Source of the DNA: an uncultured Nitrososphaeraceae archaeon
Lineage (GTDB): Archaea; Thermoproteota; Nitrososphaeria; Nitrososphaerales; Nitrososphaeraceae
DNA length: 64,000 nt
Reading direction: 5' to 3'
Assembly: GCA_963779615.1 (NCBI GenBank)
Contig: CAVZZA010000001.1
Span: forward strand, 480,001-544,000
Below are positions 1-10,430 of this stretch, piece by piece. The translations under genes and the position numbers were made by a program. The number at the start of each line of letters is the position of its first letter. Position 1 is the stretch's first letter. The notes under the pieces are model-generated. The model saw only the letters and a program-made list of their open reading frames with translations. It was not told the origin of the DNA and did no database searches.

Positions 1-2
1 AT

Positions 3-392
3 AAACTAAATGTTGATATTGTTTCCGGCCTAAATAAATGCAAGCTTCACGATTTCCTTTCTTTTCACGATGCCTTTGCTTATTTTTCCAAACGATACGG
101 AATAAGCCAACATGCAATACAGGGCTTATCCCCACAAGCAGAAGTTCCCCCACAAAAAATAAAAGAAGCTATAGATCTTTCAAAACAATTGGGCATAGAT
201 GTTATTTTTGCTGAGGATCATGTAGATCCAAGATTACCTGATTTAATAGCAAAAGAAATAAATGGACAAGTTTTAACCTTAAGTCCAATAGAAATAATTT
301 CAGATGCAGAAAAGCAAATGAATAAAGATTACTTTTCAAAAATGCATGATAACTTAAACAATTTAAAAATAGCTTTAAAATGCACAATTTAA
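3..392 (+). CDS. znuA: Zn/Mn ABC transporter substrate-binding protein, C-terminal part (runs off window start)
   Basis: Frame open from position 3: FLSFHDAFAYFSKRYG...VIFAED...LTLSPIE...YFSKMHDNLNNLK, typical of cluster A-I solute-binding proteins; directly upstream of a ZnuB-type permease. Confidence 0.85.
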   Translation, partial: KLNVDIVSGLNKCKLHDFLSFHDAFAYFSKRYGISQHAIQGLSPQAEVPPQKIKEAIDLSKQLGIDVIFAEDHVDPRLPDLIAKEINGQVLTLSPIEIISDAEKQMNKDYFSKMHDNLNNLKIALKCTI

Positions 393-443
393 CTTCAAAT
401 TTTTTTGTAACATCATTGTTAAAAATAAATAAAATGAATATAT

Positions 444-1286
444 ATGCTTGAAATATTACAATATGAGTTTATTCAACGTGCATTAATTTCTGGTATAGCA
501 ATATCTATTAGTTGTTCCTTGTTGGGGCTATTTTTAGTACTCAAAAGATTTTCCCTGTTTGGGGATGCAATATCTCATGTCGCTTTCGGAGGTCTTACTT
601 TAGGATTGTTTCTAAAATCCAACCCAATTTGGATTTCCTTTATCGTGTCAATTATAGGAGGATTGGCGATGGTAAAATTGAATTCAAGCAAAAGAGTATA
701 TTCTGATTCCTCTGTTGCAGTTTTATTATCATTTGGATTAGCCATTGGCCTGGTTTTAATTGGATTATCTGGCGGTTTCTCTATAGATATTACAAGTTAT
801 CTATTTGGGAGTATCTTTTTAGTTAGTTACGATGAAACCCTGATAATTGTGTTTCTTGGTATTGTTATTATTTCATTTGTTATTGCGTTTTATAAAAGAC
901 TGGTTTATTTAGTTTTTAATGAAGATCAAGCAAAAATAAGTGGATTGAACGTTACGTTATTGAACTATTTATTTATTATACTAGCAACAATTAGCATTGT
1001 TATTTCTATTAGATTGATTGGCGTATTGATGGTTTCTTCATTATTAATAATTCCTAACGTTGCAGCTTTATTGCTTGGATATGGATTTAAAAGGACTCTT
1101 TTACTTTCAGCATGTTTTTCCTTACTATCTGTTGTATTGGGAACACTTTTATCATATGAAATAAATGTTACACCTAGTGGAATGATAGTTTTAATGTCTA
1201 CTGGAATATTTTTTTCATTAAGCGTCTCAAAATATGTTTACTCTAAATTGTTCCATAACAAAAAACTTGTAAATCATTCTACCTGA
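444..1286 (+). CDS. znuB: Zn/Mn ABC transporter permease (ABC-3 family)
   Basis: FIQRALI...GDAISHVAFGG, SYLFGSI and IRLIGVLMVSSLLIIP motifs; multiple TM helices. Confidence 0.9.
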   Translation: MLEILQYEFIQRALISGIAISISCSLLGLFLVLKRFSLFGDAISHVAFGGLTLGLFLKSNPIWISFIVSIIGGLAMVKLNSSKRVYSDSSVAVLLSFGLAIGLVLIGLSGGFSIDITSYLFGSIFLVSYDETLIIVFLGIVIISFVIAFYKRLVYLVFNEDQAKISGLNVTLLNYLFIILATISIVISIRLIGVLMVSSLLIIPNVAALLLGYGFKRTLLLSACFSLLSVVLGTLLSYEINVTPSGMIVLMSTGIFFSLSVSKYVYSKLFHNKKLVNHST

Positions 1287-1372
1287 TCTTTACTTAATTT
1301 GCTACTATTTTTATATAATCCTTAAATCGATATTATTATTTACTAGATAAAAGATACCATATTATAAGAATA

Positions 1373-2245
1373 ATGGTATTTAATTCTAAATCATGTGTAA
1401 TAACACTTATCGTTCTTTCTTCTTTCTTCTTTCTTCTTATTCTTAATTATCATGTATTTTCTATATTCTCAAAACAATTAGGGGCAAATTTAGGTGAAAA
1501 TGATCCTTTTGGTATAAAAAAAATATATCCCACAAAACAAGGCGGTAGAGAATGGTTCATGAATATGTCTAATCCAAAAAATGATCCAAATGTATCCTTT
1601 ACTTTTAATCCTAATCTACTCAAACAAAATGATAGTTCGTGGAAGCTTGACAAAAACGATAAAGTTAGAATTAATGTCGAAACACCAGATAGTTTACCCG
1701 AATGGAAAAATGTAGAAATAACAGGGTATGTAAAAATTGATTCTCTTGTTAAACCGAACGATACAAATATCATATCCGATATTGATTGGGTCTCGAGAAC
1801 AGACAGACATAACGAAAACCTGCCGTGTTATGGTTTATCTTTACATGGCGGCATTTACCCTGATGGCACTGTTGCTTGGAAAAAAGAAATCTGGTTTACT
1901 GGAGGATATACCAAAGAAAGATCCGTACCGAAAATAACTGAACCAATTATCGATAGATGGATAGGCTGGAAAGTAGTAGTGTATAATACAAATAACGATT
2001 CTGCAGTGAAGATGGAATCATATTTAGATAATTCTACTTCAAATCATTGGGTAAAGGTTTTTGAAACGACCGACAATGGTAAATGGTTTGCAAACAGTTC
2101 CGATGATGAATTTTATAGTGCAAATTGTGGGAGGTCCAAAGATCATATCGTTCTAAATTCGGGGCCAATTGTAACTTTTCGAACAGACAATGTGGTTTTA
2201 AACTTTAAAGACTTTAGCATAAGAGAAATAGATCTCCCCTCTTAA
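1373..2245 (+). CDS. Secreted/membrane-anchored thaumarchaeal protein, Trp-rich beta-type domain
   Basis: N-terminal hydrophobic helix; DPFGIKKIYPTK..GREW, WKNVEITGYVK and WIGWKVVVYN motifs recalled from Nitrososphaerales hypothetical proteins. Confidence 0.65.
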   Translation: MVFNSKSCVITLIVLSSFFFLLILNYHVFSIFSKQLGANLGENDPFGIKKIYPTKQGGREWFMNMSNPKNDPNVSFTFNPNLLKQNDSSWKLDKNDKVRINVETPDSLPEWKNVEITGYVKIDSLVKPNDTNIISDIDWVSRTDRHNENLPCYGLSLHGGIYPDGTVAWKKEIWFTGGYTKERSVPKITEPIIDRWIGWKVVVYNTNNDSAVKMESYLDNSTSNHWVKVFETTDNGKWFANSSDDEFYSANCGRSKDHIVLNSGPIVTFRTDNVVLNFKDFSIREIDLPS

Positions 2246-2675
2246 AAATAAACATGAATTAAAAATTATCGGAAAGCAAATTCAAATTTCTTTGTTGATT
2301 GTAGTAATGCATGTGCTACTATACCATTAACCAATTGATATGAAACCGATATCATTGAATATATTTGAAACACTTGTTGCAGAGGGTTAGATCATATCGT
2401 TATTTTAATGGTATATTACAACTAAAATGGGATAATCCCCATATATGGTGGTCTAGGTACAATGGTGGTAATAACTGGGCCATAGATTCTGCTACACCAG
2501 AATTTCAATTCAGATACTATCGACTACAAGTTTGATTAAAATTAAAATGGGAGTTTTCCCCTTGAACTTATCTGTTTATGCTTGTGATAAAGAAACTTAC
2601 AAATCTCAAGATAATAAATCCTATATTAAAATGAAATAAATTAATAGGTAAAGTACTTTTAATTTTTATTTATAC

Positions 2676-4814
2676 ATGCTGATAAATTTGGATAATGATA
2701 AAATTTCTTCTTTTCTTTCATTTATGGGTTATAATTCTTTTTATCCTCCCCAACAATTAGCTATAGACAATGGTTTGTTAGATGGGACTAATACTTTAGT
2801 TACTACTCCTACAGCGAGTGGAAAAACACTGATATCTATACTAGCCGCTATTAAGGCACTAGAAAAAAATAAGAAAGTAGTGTACATGACCCCATTGAGA
2901 TCCCTTGCCTATGAAAAATATGTAGATTTCAGTAATATAGATAAATCCAAAGTATTTCCTAAAAAAATCAAAATAAAAATTAGCACGGGTGACTTTAACG
3001 CCTCAAATAACGAGTTAGGAAATTCTGATATTATCATTCTAACTAATGAGAAACTGGACTCAATCCTTAGACAGGGCGGTTCATGGTTATCTAATGTTGG
3101 TCTTTTTATCTCAGATGAAATTCATTTAATCGGGGATGCAGATAGGGGACCAGTACTAGAAATGGCTCTTACAAAAATAAAAAAATTTTATCCCTCTTCT
3201 CAAATTCTTGGTTTAAGTGCTACTGTAACCAATTCTTTTGACTTGTCTGATTGGCTAGATTGTAAATTGATTGAAAGTTCTTGGAGACCAACAAGATTAT
3301 TGGAGGGAGTTTATTCTGATGGTATTATTTACTACAACGACAATTCCAAAATAAAAGTTTCTGAATCAGGAAAAGATGCCACGTCGATGACACTGGATTT
3401 AATACTAAATTCTATAAATGATAATGGCCAGAACCTCATATTTGTTGAAACAAGGAAAAGATCAATCTCTTTAGCCAAAACATCTTCTGAAATAATTTAC
3501 AAGACTCTAACTTTGGAAGAAAAAAAATCCGCGCTAAAATATTCTAAATTACTCTTAGACAACAACGATGACACTGATCTGACAAATGCTTTATCAAATT
3601 TGATATCGCTAGGTGTTGGTTTTCATCATGCAGGATTAAGTTTATCTAGCAGAGAGATAGTTGAAAAAGCTTTCAAAAACGGAATAATAAAAGCACTATT
3701 TGCTACACCTACTTTAGCCGCTGGGATAAATCTTCCTGCTCGACGAGTTATTATTACAAATGTTTCTCGATATGATTTTAGGTATGGGGCAACTCTTCCG
3801 ATAAGTGTTCTGGAATATAAACAACTTTGCGGAAGAGCGGGGAGGCCTCAATATGATACCTATGGAGAATCAATAATAATATCTGATTCACGTACATCGC
3901 ATGAAGATATATATGAGCACTATATCTTAGGCACTCCGGAACCATTAAGATCTAAATTTGAAAATACCATTGCAATAAAAATCCATTTACTTGGGACCGT
4001 CTCCTCCTTTCATGGAATAAGTATTGATGATATATATGACTTATTTTCTAAAACATTTTATTCTTTTCAAAACAAAAATAACTCTTCCCTTTACTACAAA
4101 ATAGACGCATCTTTAGATAACTTTTTGGATGAAGATTTAGTCAGATTTGAAAATAAAAAATATTATGTTACCCCATTTGGTAAACTGGTGTCTACTTTAT
4201 ACCTTAATCCTGAAACTGCTGTAGCTTTTAAAAAAATCATCAAATCGATAAAACCTCGTTCCTTAAAAACAGACAATATTTTTGGTTTTTTGCATATGAT
4301 TACTACATGCCCTGATTTTTACCCTAAATTCTCCTTTAGGAAACAGGATATCGAAGAATTTAGCATGATCTTTTATAATAATTACGACGAGTTTTTTTTT
4401 GATGTGGAATTGATGGATTGTTCCAGAAGTATGTGGGCTTTATATGAGTGGATTAACGAATCTACTGAAAAAAGAATTCATGAAAAGATTGGAGTAGATC
4501 CAGGTGATGTTCATAGAGTTGTTGAAGTTTCAAATTGGTTAGTCTCGTCTATCTTTGAAATAACTAAATTGCTTGGAAGAAATGATTTGCTCCATACCAT
4601 TTTTTCGCTTGAGAGTAGGATAAGGCATGGAGTCAAGACAGAACTTGTTCCATTGGTTCAGATTAAAGATATCGGTAGAGCAAGAGCGCGTTCTCTATAT
4701 TCGTCTGGAATCCATATCCCTAATGATTTATCAATAATGCCCGAATCCAAATTGTCATCAATTCCAAAAATAGGGCCCAAATTAGCTAAAAAACTGAAAA
4801 AAGCATACAGTTGA
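2676..4814 (+). CDS. hel308: Ski2-like SF2 DNA helicase Hel308/Hjm
   Basis: TPTASGKT, DEIH, LSAT, FHHAGL, ATPTLAAGINLPA, QLCGRAGRP; C-terminal HhH (IGRARARSL, IGPKLA). Confidence 0.93.
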   Translation: MLINLDNDKISSFLSFMGYNSFYPPQQLAIDNGLLDGTNTLVTTPTASGKTLISILAAIKALEKNKKVVYMTPLRSLAYEKYVDFSNIDKSKVFPKKIKIKISTGDFNASNNELGNSDIIILTNEKLDSILRQGGSWLSNVGLFISDEIHLIGDADRGPVLEMALTKIKKFYPSSQILGLSATVTNSFDLSDWLDCKLIESSWRPTRLLEGVYSDGIIYYNDNSKIKVSESGKDATSMTLDLILNSINDNGQNLIFVETRKRSISLAKTSSEIIYKTLTLEEKKSALKYSKLLLDNNDDTDLTNALSNLISLGVGFHHAGLSLSSREIVEKAFKNGIIKALFATPTLAAGINLPARRVIITNVSRYDFRYGATLPISVLEYKQLCGRAGRPQYDTYGESIIISDSRTSHEDIYEHYILGTPEPLRSKFENTIAIKIHLLGTVSSFHGISIDDIYDLFSKTFYSFQNKNNSSLYYKIDASLDNFLDEDLVRFENKKYYVTPFGKLVSTLYLNPETAVAFKKIIKSIKPRSLKTDNIFGFLHMITTCPDFYPKFSFRKQDIEEFSMIFYNNYDEFFFDVELMDCSRSMWALYEWINESTEKRIHEKIGVDPGDVHRVVEVSNWLVSSIFEITKLLGRNDLLHTIFSLESRIRHGVKTELVPLVQIKDIGRARARSLYSSGIHIPNDLSIMPESKLSSIPKIGPKLAKKLKKAYS

Positions 4815-4848
4815 TTATTTGATAAAAAAATAAAATAAATAAAAAAAT

Positions 4849-5586
4849 TCAATGGGTGTTAACAATTCCAACATTGCCAATTTCTGAACCTATTCCATAC
4901 CCCAATAGCGCTATGCCTGTTCCTAACAAAGACATTTCTAATCCTCCTTTCACCCAATTTTTCTTTGCTAATTTGCCTTTAACTGCGCCTATGACAAAAG
5001 AAAATAACAAACTAATGGATATGGCAATCAATAATGCTATAGAATTTGTAATCAATCCTGTTTTGACAATAAAATATGGAATTATGGGGAGAATACCTCC
5101 TATTAAAAATGACACAAACATAACCAGCGCCCCTTTGACTGGCGATCCTATTATTTCCAAGTTTAAACCCAGTTCCTCAGTAAGCATTGTTTTTAACCAA
5201 ACTTCTTTATTTGATGTGATTTTATTTACAACCATATCCAGCTCCTCACCAAAAAAACCTTTAGATTTATAAATTTCTTCTATTTCTTCTCTTTCTTTAT
5301 CAGGAGTATGTTTTATTTCATATTCTTCTCTTTTTATTTCTGATTCAAGAATTTCTTTTTGAGATTTTACCGCAAGGTAGTTTTGAACCGCCATTGCCTT
5401 TGCGCCGGTAAACATGCCTATTAATGCTGCAAGAATAACGATATCCACTCCAATAGACGCCCCTCCTATGCCTGCCACTATACCTAATGAGGTATTAACT
5501 CCATCCCCAAATCCAAACACTATATCTCTGATGTAATTACTTTCTTTGATGTGAGGCTCAACATGGAAACTTGATTCTTTTTTCAA
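4849..5586 (-). CDS. VIT1/CCC1 family Fe/Mn transporter
   Basis: IRDIVFGFGDG, MAVQNYLAVKSQ, Glu-rich cytosolic domain, SFLIGGILPIIPY. Confidence 0.9.
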   Translation of the reverse strand: MKKESSFHVEPHIKESNYIRDIVFGFGDGVNTSLGIVAGIGGASIGVDIVILAALIGMFTGAKAMAVQNYLAVKSQKEILESEIKREEYEIKHTPDKEREEIEEIYKSKGFFGEELDMVVNKITSNKEVWLKTMLTEELGLNLEIIGSPVKGALVMFVSFLIGGILPIIPYFIVKTGLITNSIALLIAISISLLFSFVIGAVKGKLAKKNWVKGGLEMSLLGTGIALLGYGIGSEIGNVGIVNTH

Positions 5587-5715
5587 TTATGTATTTGTGT
5601 ATTTTCCAGACAGGATATAATCTTTCAATATAGTTTTTATCCTTATAATTATACTCTGCAAATATCGTCGATTGTTAATAATTTTGTGTTGTTATATGTC
5701 ATCATCAAGGAGTTC

Positions 5716-5840
5716 ACATCCCCAAAACACTAAATCTAAAGATAAAGGCACTATTTCCTTGATGGGTTCAATAAACGGAAAGAACACCCGCCCCATTTAA
5801 TGTATCTTTTGTGGATTACACCAGTGTTTTTGGGGTTTGT
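5716..5840. other. Nested inverted repeats (candidate structured RNA or MITE-like element)
   Basis: CCCCAAAACACT pairs with AGTGTTTTTGGGG; inner AAAGATA/TATCTTT, ATGGG/CCCAT and AAGG/CCTT stems. Confidence 0.3.
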
Positions 5841-6508
5841 AGCCAATAAAAAGAAGGATATCAGAAAGTCTATTATCTGGTTTATAAAAAAAAGTCTTTC
5901 CTGTACAAAAACCTGGAACTAAATGCAAAAATACAATCCTCAAAAGATATCCACAAAGGGGGAAAATTGCAGAATATCAGCGTATGTAATAACAAGACAT
6001 TACTCAAAAATGGTGGTGACCCTGATTTGATACAGTTGTTATGATGCCTGTTACTATAAAGAATCAAAAGCTAAAGTAATCCTTTATTCTAAAAAGCACA
6101 CCAATGTAAAGAAACACAATGCCCATCGCAGAGAAGTTTATTAACAATTAATTAATATCCATGGTAAGCACTATTTCCACACATGGGGATTTGGTACTCA
6201 TTAGACTTGTAAATCCTGAAAATGGAACACCACACACATTTTGCCTCCGGGATGAGCATCATAATTGAAAGGACCACCACTGTATAAAGCATAAAATAGA
6301 TGGAACTGAAAAATGCTTTGGTGATTGCTATTCCTATGAAAAAAAGAAGAATTGCAGATTAAAGCATGCAGTGAATTGGGCGATATGTTTGTTGATTATC
6401 GTAATGAGGAGAGATTACTTGAGAAAGGAGCCCACAAATGATATTAAATAATTTAATAGTACCATAAAATATTACAAGATCTGTCATGATGTTATGGAGA
6501 AATAAAGC

Positions 6509-6907
6509 ATGGATTATAATAAACTAATACCAGAGGAAGAAAAATCTTTTGTAAATAAAGCAACAGAAGATCCTTTTGAGGGTGAGTACAGCAATTTTTA
6601 TGGAGATGGGGCATATATCTGTCAAAGGCGTAATACTACTCCCTTTCCATCAAAAAGCAAGCTTGATTCAGGATGTGGGTGGCCAAGCTTTGATGAAAAC
6701 TTGTCAAATGCAATAAAAACTACAGCCGATTTCGATGGGCTGCGAACAGAAATACAATGTACAAACTGTAAAGCTCATTTAGGACATGAATTTGTAGGTG
6801 AAGAACACTTTACAGATAAAAATACTAGGGAATGCGTTAATTCAGATTCATTATCTGTATTTTTTATCCCAAAGGAAAAGGGGTTGCCAAAAACAATTCA
6901 TGAATGA
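6509..6907 (+). CDS. msrB: Peptide-methionine (R)-S-oxide reductase, possibly degenerate
   Basis: SGCGWPSF, RTEIQCTNCKAHLGH, RECVNS; first Zn CxxC reads CQRR. Confidence 0.85.
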   Translation: MDYNKLIPEEEKSFVNKATEDPFEGEYSNFYGDGAYICQRRNTTPFPSKSKLDSGCGWPSFDENLSNAIKTTADFDGLRTEIQCTNCKAHLGHEFVGEEHFTDKNTRECVNSDSLSVFFIPKEKGLPKTIHE

Positions 6908-7451
6908 CAATACTGAAATCGCAACACTTGCCAATGGGTGTTTCTGGTGTTCCGAGGCTGTCTTTAAAAGACTTAAAGGTGTCGAATCCGTTCTACCTGG
7001 CTATGCAGGAGGAACAGTAAAAAATCCTTCTTATGACGAGGTATGCATGGAAAATACAGGGCATGCAGAATCAATTCAAGTAAAATTTGATCCAAAGATC
7101 ATTTCTTTTGAAAAGATCCTCAACGTTTTCTGGCATACTCATAATCCAACTACTCTTAACAGACAAGGTAATGACATTGGTACACAGTACCGATCTGCAA
7201 TCTTTTTTCATGACGAAAAACAGAAAGCGATTGCCGAGAAATCAAAACAAGATCTTGAACAAGCAGGTCTTTACAAAGATCCCATTGTGACAGAAATTAC
7301 TCCCTTTGAAAATTTTTATATTGCAGAGGATTATCACAAAAACTACTACGACAAACATCAAGAAGTTTCCTATTGCAATTTTGTGATAGACCCCAAAATC
7401 CACAAACTGCTTAAGCAGTATAGAAGTGATATAAAAGAAGAATACAAATAG
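6900..7451 (+). CDS. msrA: Peptide-methionine (S)-S-oxide reductase
   Basis: GCFWCSE, GYAGG, TGHAE, RQGNDIGTQYRS, AEDYHKNYY; ATG at 6900 overlaps the msrB end. Confidence 0.95.
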   Translation: MNDNTEIATLANGCFWCSEAVFKRLKGVESVLPGYAGGTVKNPSYDEVCMENTGHAESIQVKFDPKIISFEKILNVFWHTHNPTTLNRQGNDIGTQYRSAIFFHDEKQKAIAEKSKQDLEQAGLYKDPIVTEITPFENFYIAEDYHKNYYDKHQEVSYCNFVIDPKIHKLLKQYRSDIKEEYK

Positions 7452-7529
7452 ATTTCATTAAGTAGGAAAGGAAGAAGGAAGGAGTATAAAATGAGATTGT
7501 ATTTGCGTTACCTAGGCAATCTCCATTTG

Positions 7530-7970
7530 ACTTCAATACGAGAGCATGCTTTAATTTTGCATTTTTTCTTGTTTCTACATGGAAGGTAATCAAAGTTTTC
7601 TATCCTATCTTTTAAATATTGAAGTTCTTTCAATAATTCTTTTCCCATTCTTGTACACAAGAAAATGAATGAGACGACTAATCTTTAAGAACTTGCAGGC
7701 TTGAGGATACCAGGTACCACCGTCGGCCTAAACTGGGTGTTCTCCATATTCACCTGCAACTTGACAAAAACGTTTTGCCACAAACGTATCCCTCTCCTTT
7801 GACAATCCTGACAATTTTAAACCAAGTATCTCTTTTTCTACAGCTCATTAGCAATAAACAACAAAATTGATTCAGAGCCAACTTGATTAAAGTTTATCAA
7901 TTATATATATAGAACAGATTGTTTTCTTTTGTTTGTGCTTTCATACCAATTTCCAAACTATACATGGCTT
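7530..7970 (-). pseudogene. IS6-family transposase remnant
   Basis: Minus-strand fragments SKERDTFVAKRF, YGEHPV*ADGGTWYPQACKFLK, IIERT and PCRNKKKCK, broken by stops and frameshifts; boundaries approximate. Confidence 0.75.
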
Positions 7971-8426
7971 ATTTTGATAATATGTAAAAAAGAAGACATT
8001 GGGGGGTGTTTCTAAAGATAAACCCAGAAAGTACAAGCAACCCATTGCCAATGAATTCTGAAGGTGTTCTGTTATTTTAATAACCATGTTGGAGTTAGGG
8101 CATCTTTTACTATGTGATTTTCCTTAAGTTAAAGGCGCCTTTTTATAAATTGAAAACTTTATACCTTATCTCGCCTAGAATTAGAATCTATTTCAAGGAC
8201 CGATATCCGCACTAAACCCCGGCAATTTCAATACTTGACATTTCTTAACCCAGTCCTTATTTATTTGCACCAGATGAATACCACAAATCTGCAGAATAAA
8301 ATCCAATGGTTTCAATAAGAGATTTGTATATTGTATATTGAATAGGCATCGAAAGACAATCTGGATATCAATCTCCAAATTGATTAGTTTTTAAATTTAG
8401 AGAGCTCAAATATGGAAGAAGACCCT

Positions 8427-9012
8427 CTATAAGGATGACACACCGTCAAAGTTATCTATCTTTGTCCTCAATCCATCAATTTCCTTTTCAAGTTGCAGTT
8501 TCTTTGAGTGCAGATGCAAAATATGGTTATTGTACAGGTCCACCTGTTTACGCAAGTCCAAAAGGCGATTTTGGGTCTCCAAGAGTTCTGTGATTCCCTG
8601 TTTACTCAATCCCTCTTTTTTTATACGCCTATACAGATGCACAAGGAGTACAAAGTCTTCACCATTTAACTCATTGTAAATGTTTACCAGACCCCCCATT
8701 CTTGACAGCCGCAGGTAGTCGCCATGATAATCGAGAATGGCATCGGCATCTATATCCAGCTCAATTGCCACGTCTACAAGGGCCTTTTTTGTCTTTGAAC
8801 AACCTAAAGGCCTGGGCACAGGGGGACAAATTCTTAAGGCGCCTTTCTTTATCCTCTTCTTCAATAGTGACGTCATCACCGGTTACTCGATTCATTATTT
8901 CTCCAATGGCTCTAAATGATATGTGTACCTGTTTGGCTATTTCACGGGTGGTCCTGCCTTCATTGGCAAGTTTGACAACTAGTTCTTCCTTTTCACTCTT
9001 TTTTAAAATCAA
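8427..9012 (-). pseudogene. HTH + coiled-coil protein (Nitrososphaerales paralogous family) split by a 1-nt frameshift
   Basis: ORF 8761-9012 ([15 protein letters not shown]...QAFRLF) continues in ORF 8427-8879 (LVDVAIELD...) across an A6 run near 8785-8790; colinear with intact paralog 26259-26876. Confidence 0.75.
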
Positions 9013-9052
9013 ACCATCTATACATATAGCAATTAGTTTATATATAAGGCAA

Positions 9053-9418
9053 CCTGGTTCCCCTGGTTCCCCTGGTTCCCCTGGTTCCCCTGGTTCCCCT
9101 GGTTCCCCTGGTTCCCCTGGTTCCCCTGGTTCCCCTGGTTCCCCTGGTTCCCCTGGTTCCCCTGGTTCCCCTGGTTCCCCTGGTTCCCCTGGTTCCCCTG
9201 GTTCCCCTGGTTCCCCTGGTTCCCCTGGTTCCCCTGGTTCCCCTGGTTCCCCTGGTTCCCCTGGTTCCCCTGGTTCCCCTGGTTCCCCTGGTTCCCCTGG
9301 TTCCCCTGGTTCCCCTGGTTCCCCTGGTTCCCCTGGTTCCCCTGGTTCCCCTGGTTCCCCTGGTTCCCCTGGTTCCCCTGGTTCCCCTGGTTCCCCTGGT
9401 TCCCCTGGTTCCCCTGGT
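9053..9418. repeat. Perfect tandem repeat (CCTGGTTCC) x about 40.7
   Basis: Directly visible; 366 bp with a 9-bp period. Confidence 0.98.
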
Positions 9419-9726
9419 ATAAGCGGTCACAATATTCGTTGATAGGCCTTCTAAATTATCCTAGGAAAAAAAGGTGGGGTGAGGTGCTAGCGGTAGGGTA
9501 GAGGTAGAGAGGAGATTCAGTCCAAATTAAATTCTTTACTGTGAGGACCCTAACCACTTTTAATTCTACATTTTGAGGACAAGGAGGTAGTTTTGGACTT
9601 GGAGGAAAACCACGTAGGGGTGAATAGATCTGATTGTAGTCGTGGTATTAATTGCAGTATCAGAGAAATAGGTAATCAAGTTCTCCCACTGATTGAAAAG
9701 ATAGGACCTGATCTTATTGATGAATG

Positions 9727-9836
9727 TATTACCTGTTTTATTTCTGTAGAAAAAACCCAAATTAACTATTCTTTACAAATTTAAAAACCCTGTGTCAAAA
9801 CCCATGACTAGGATGGAGGGAATGGGATTTGAACCC
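9727..9836 (-). repeat. att site copy: about 85-bp arm plus 23-bp core identical to the tRNA-Val 3' end
   Basis: TGGAGGGAATGGGATTTGAACCC at 9814-9836 equals 38632-38654; the arm is repeated at 10431-10517. Confidence 0.9.
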
Positions 9837-9984
9837 GCTACTTGCATTCACGGGTTCATATGAAAATATCTCCATTTAATTTTCAACTACAAGTAGATTC
9901 TAGGTATTAAAGCAATTATCCAAGAGGAGAGAGGGACTTAAATCCTGGCGGTAAGTCGGTTCTAACACTTTTTAAAACGATTGT

Positions 9985-10428
9985 CGAGGGTCTCATCATT
10001 CACAAAACAGGCCATAAGAAAGGAAAAAGGCATGACTATGACATCTATAAGAAGAATCATCCCGTAACTCCAAAAGAAGTGATAAATGTGTTTGACCTTG
10101 GCTAGCTTGGGGTTTGGAAAGACTATCCAGGGCAACTATCATCTTTACCATATAAAAAGAAGAAAGATCAAGGGCCATGTGCAGAAGAAAAGGATACAAC
10201 CAGAACCACTCCAGAAAAAGGGTAGTGATAGAGCACACCATTTGCAGGGTTGAAATAAGCACAGGATTATGGGCGATGTCTTCAGAAACAGGTTATGAAA
10301 TTACGACAAGGTATCTGAAATAGTATCAGGACTGGTAAACTACAGAGCATTGTAATCTTTTTAGATGGCTACTATCAGTCATTGCCATACTGATAGGACA
10401 TGCAGATTATAATTATGCAGGAGATCTA
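9985..10428 (+). pseudogene. IS5-family (DDE_Tnp_4/ISL2-like) transposase 3' remnant with probable terminal IR
   Basis: HDYDIYKKNHPVTPKEVINVFDLG*LG, RKRVVIEHTICR and VFRNRL*NYDKVSEIVSGLVNYR; ATGCAGGAGATCTA at 10415-10428 matches the reverse complement of 16009-16022 at 12/14. Confidence 0.8.
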
Positions 10429-10430
10429 TA

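Noticed and set aside
5761-5772. ATGGGTTCAA as a further att core
   Set aside because: Only about 10 bp and in the opposite orientation; expected by chance
5882-6400. Possible membrane-protein relic on the minus strand
   Set aside because: Short hydrophobic fragments only; family not recognisable
6798-6899. N-terminal extension of MsrA or an MsrB-MsrA fusion
   Set aside because: Different frames; the ATG at 6900 overlapping the msrB end gives a normal coupled pair
9053-9418. CRISPR array
   Set aside because: No spacers, unit too short, and no cas genes in the window
8702-9442. 246-aa (PGS)n ORF and antisense 130-aa (GTR)n ORF as collagen-like proteins
   Set aside because: The 9-bp unit has no stop in any frame and shows no synonymous variation; the N-terminal part is antisense to the HTH gene
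9814-9850. Second tRNA gene
   Set aside because: Only the T-arm and acceptor 3' strand match; no anticodon or D arm, so it is an att copy
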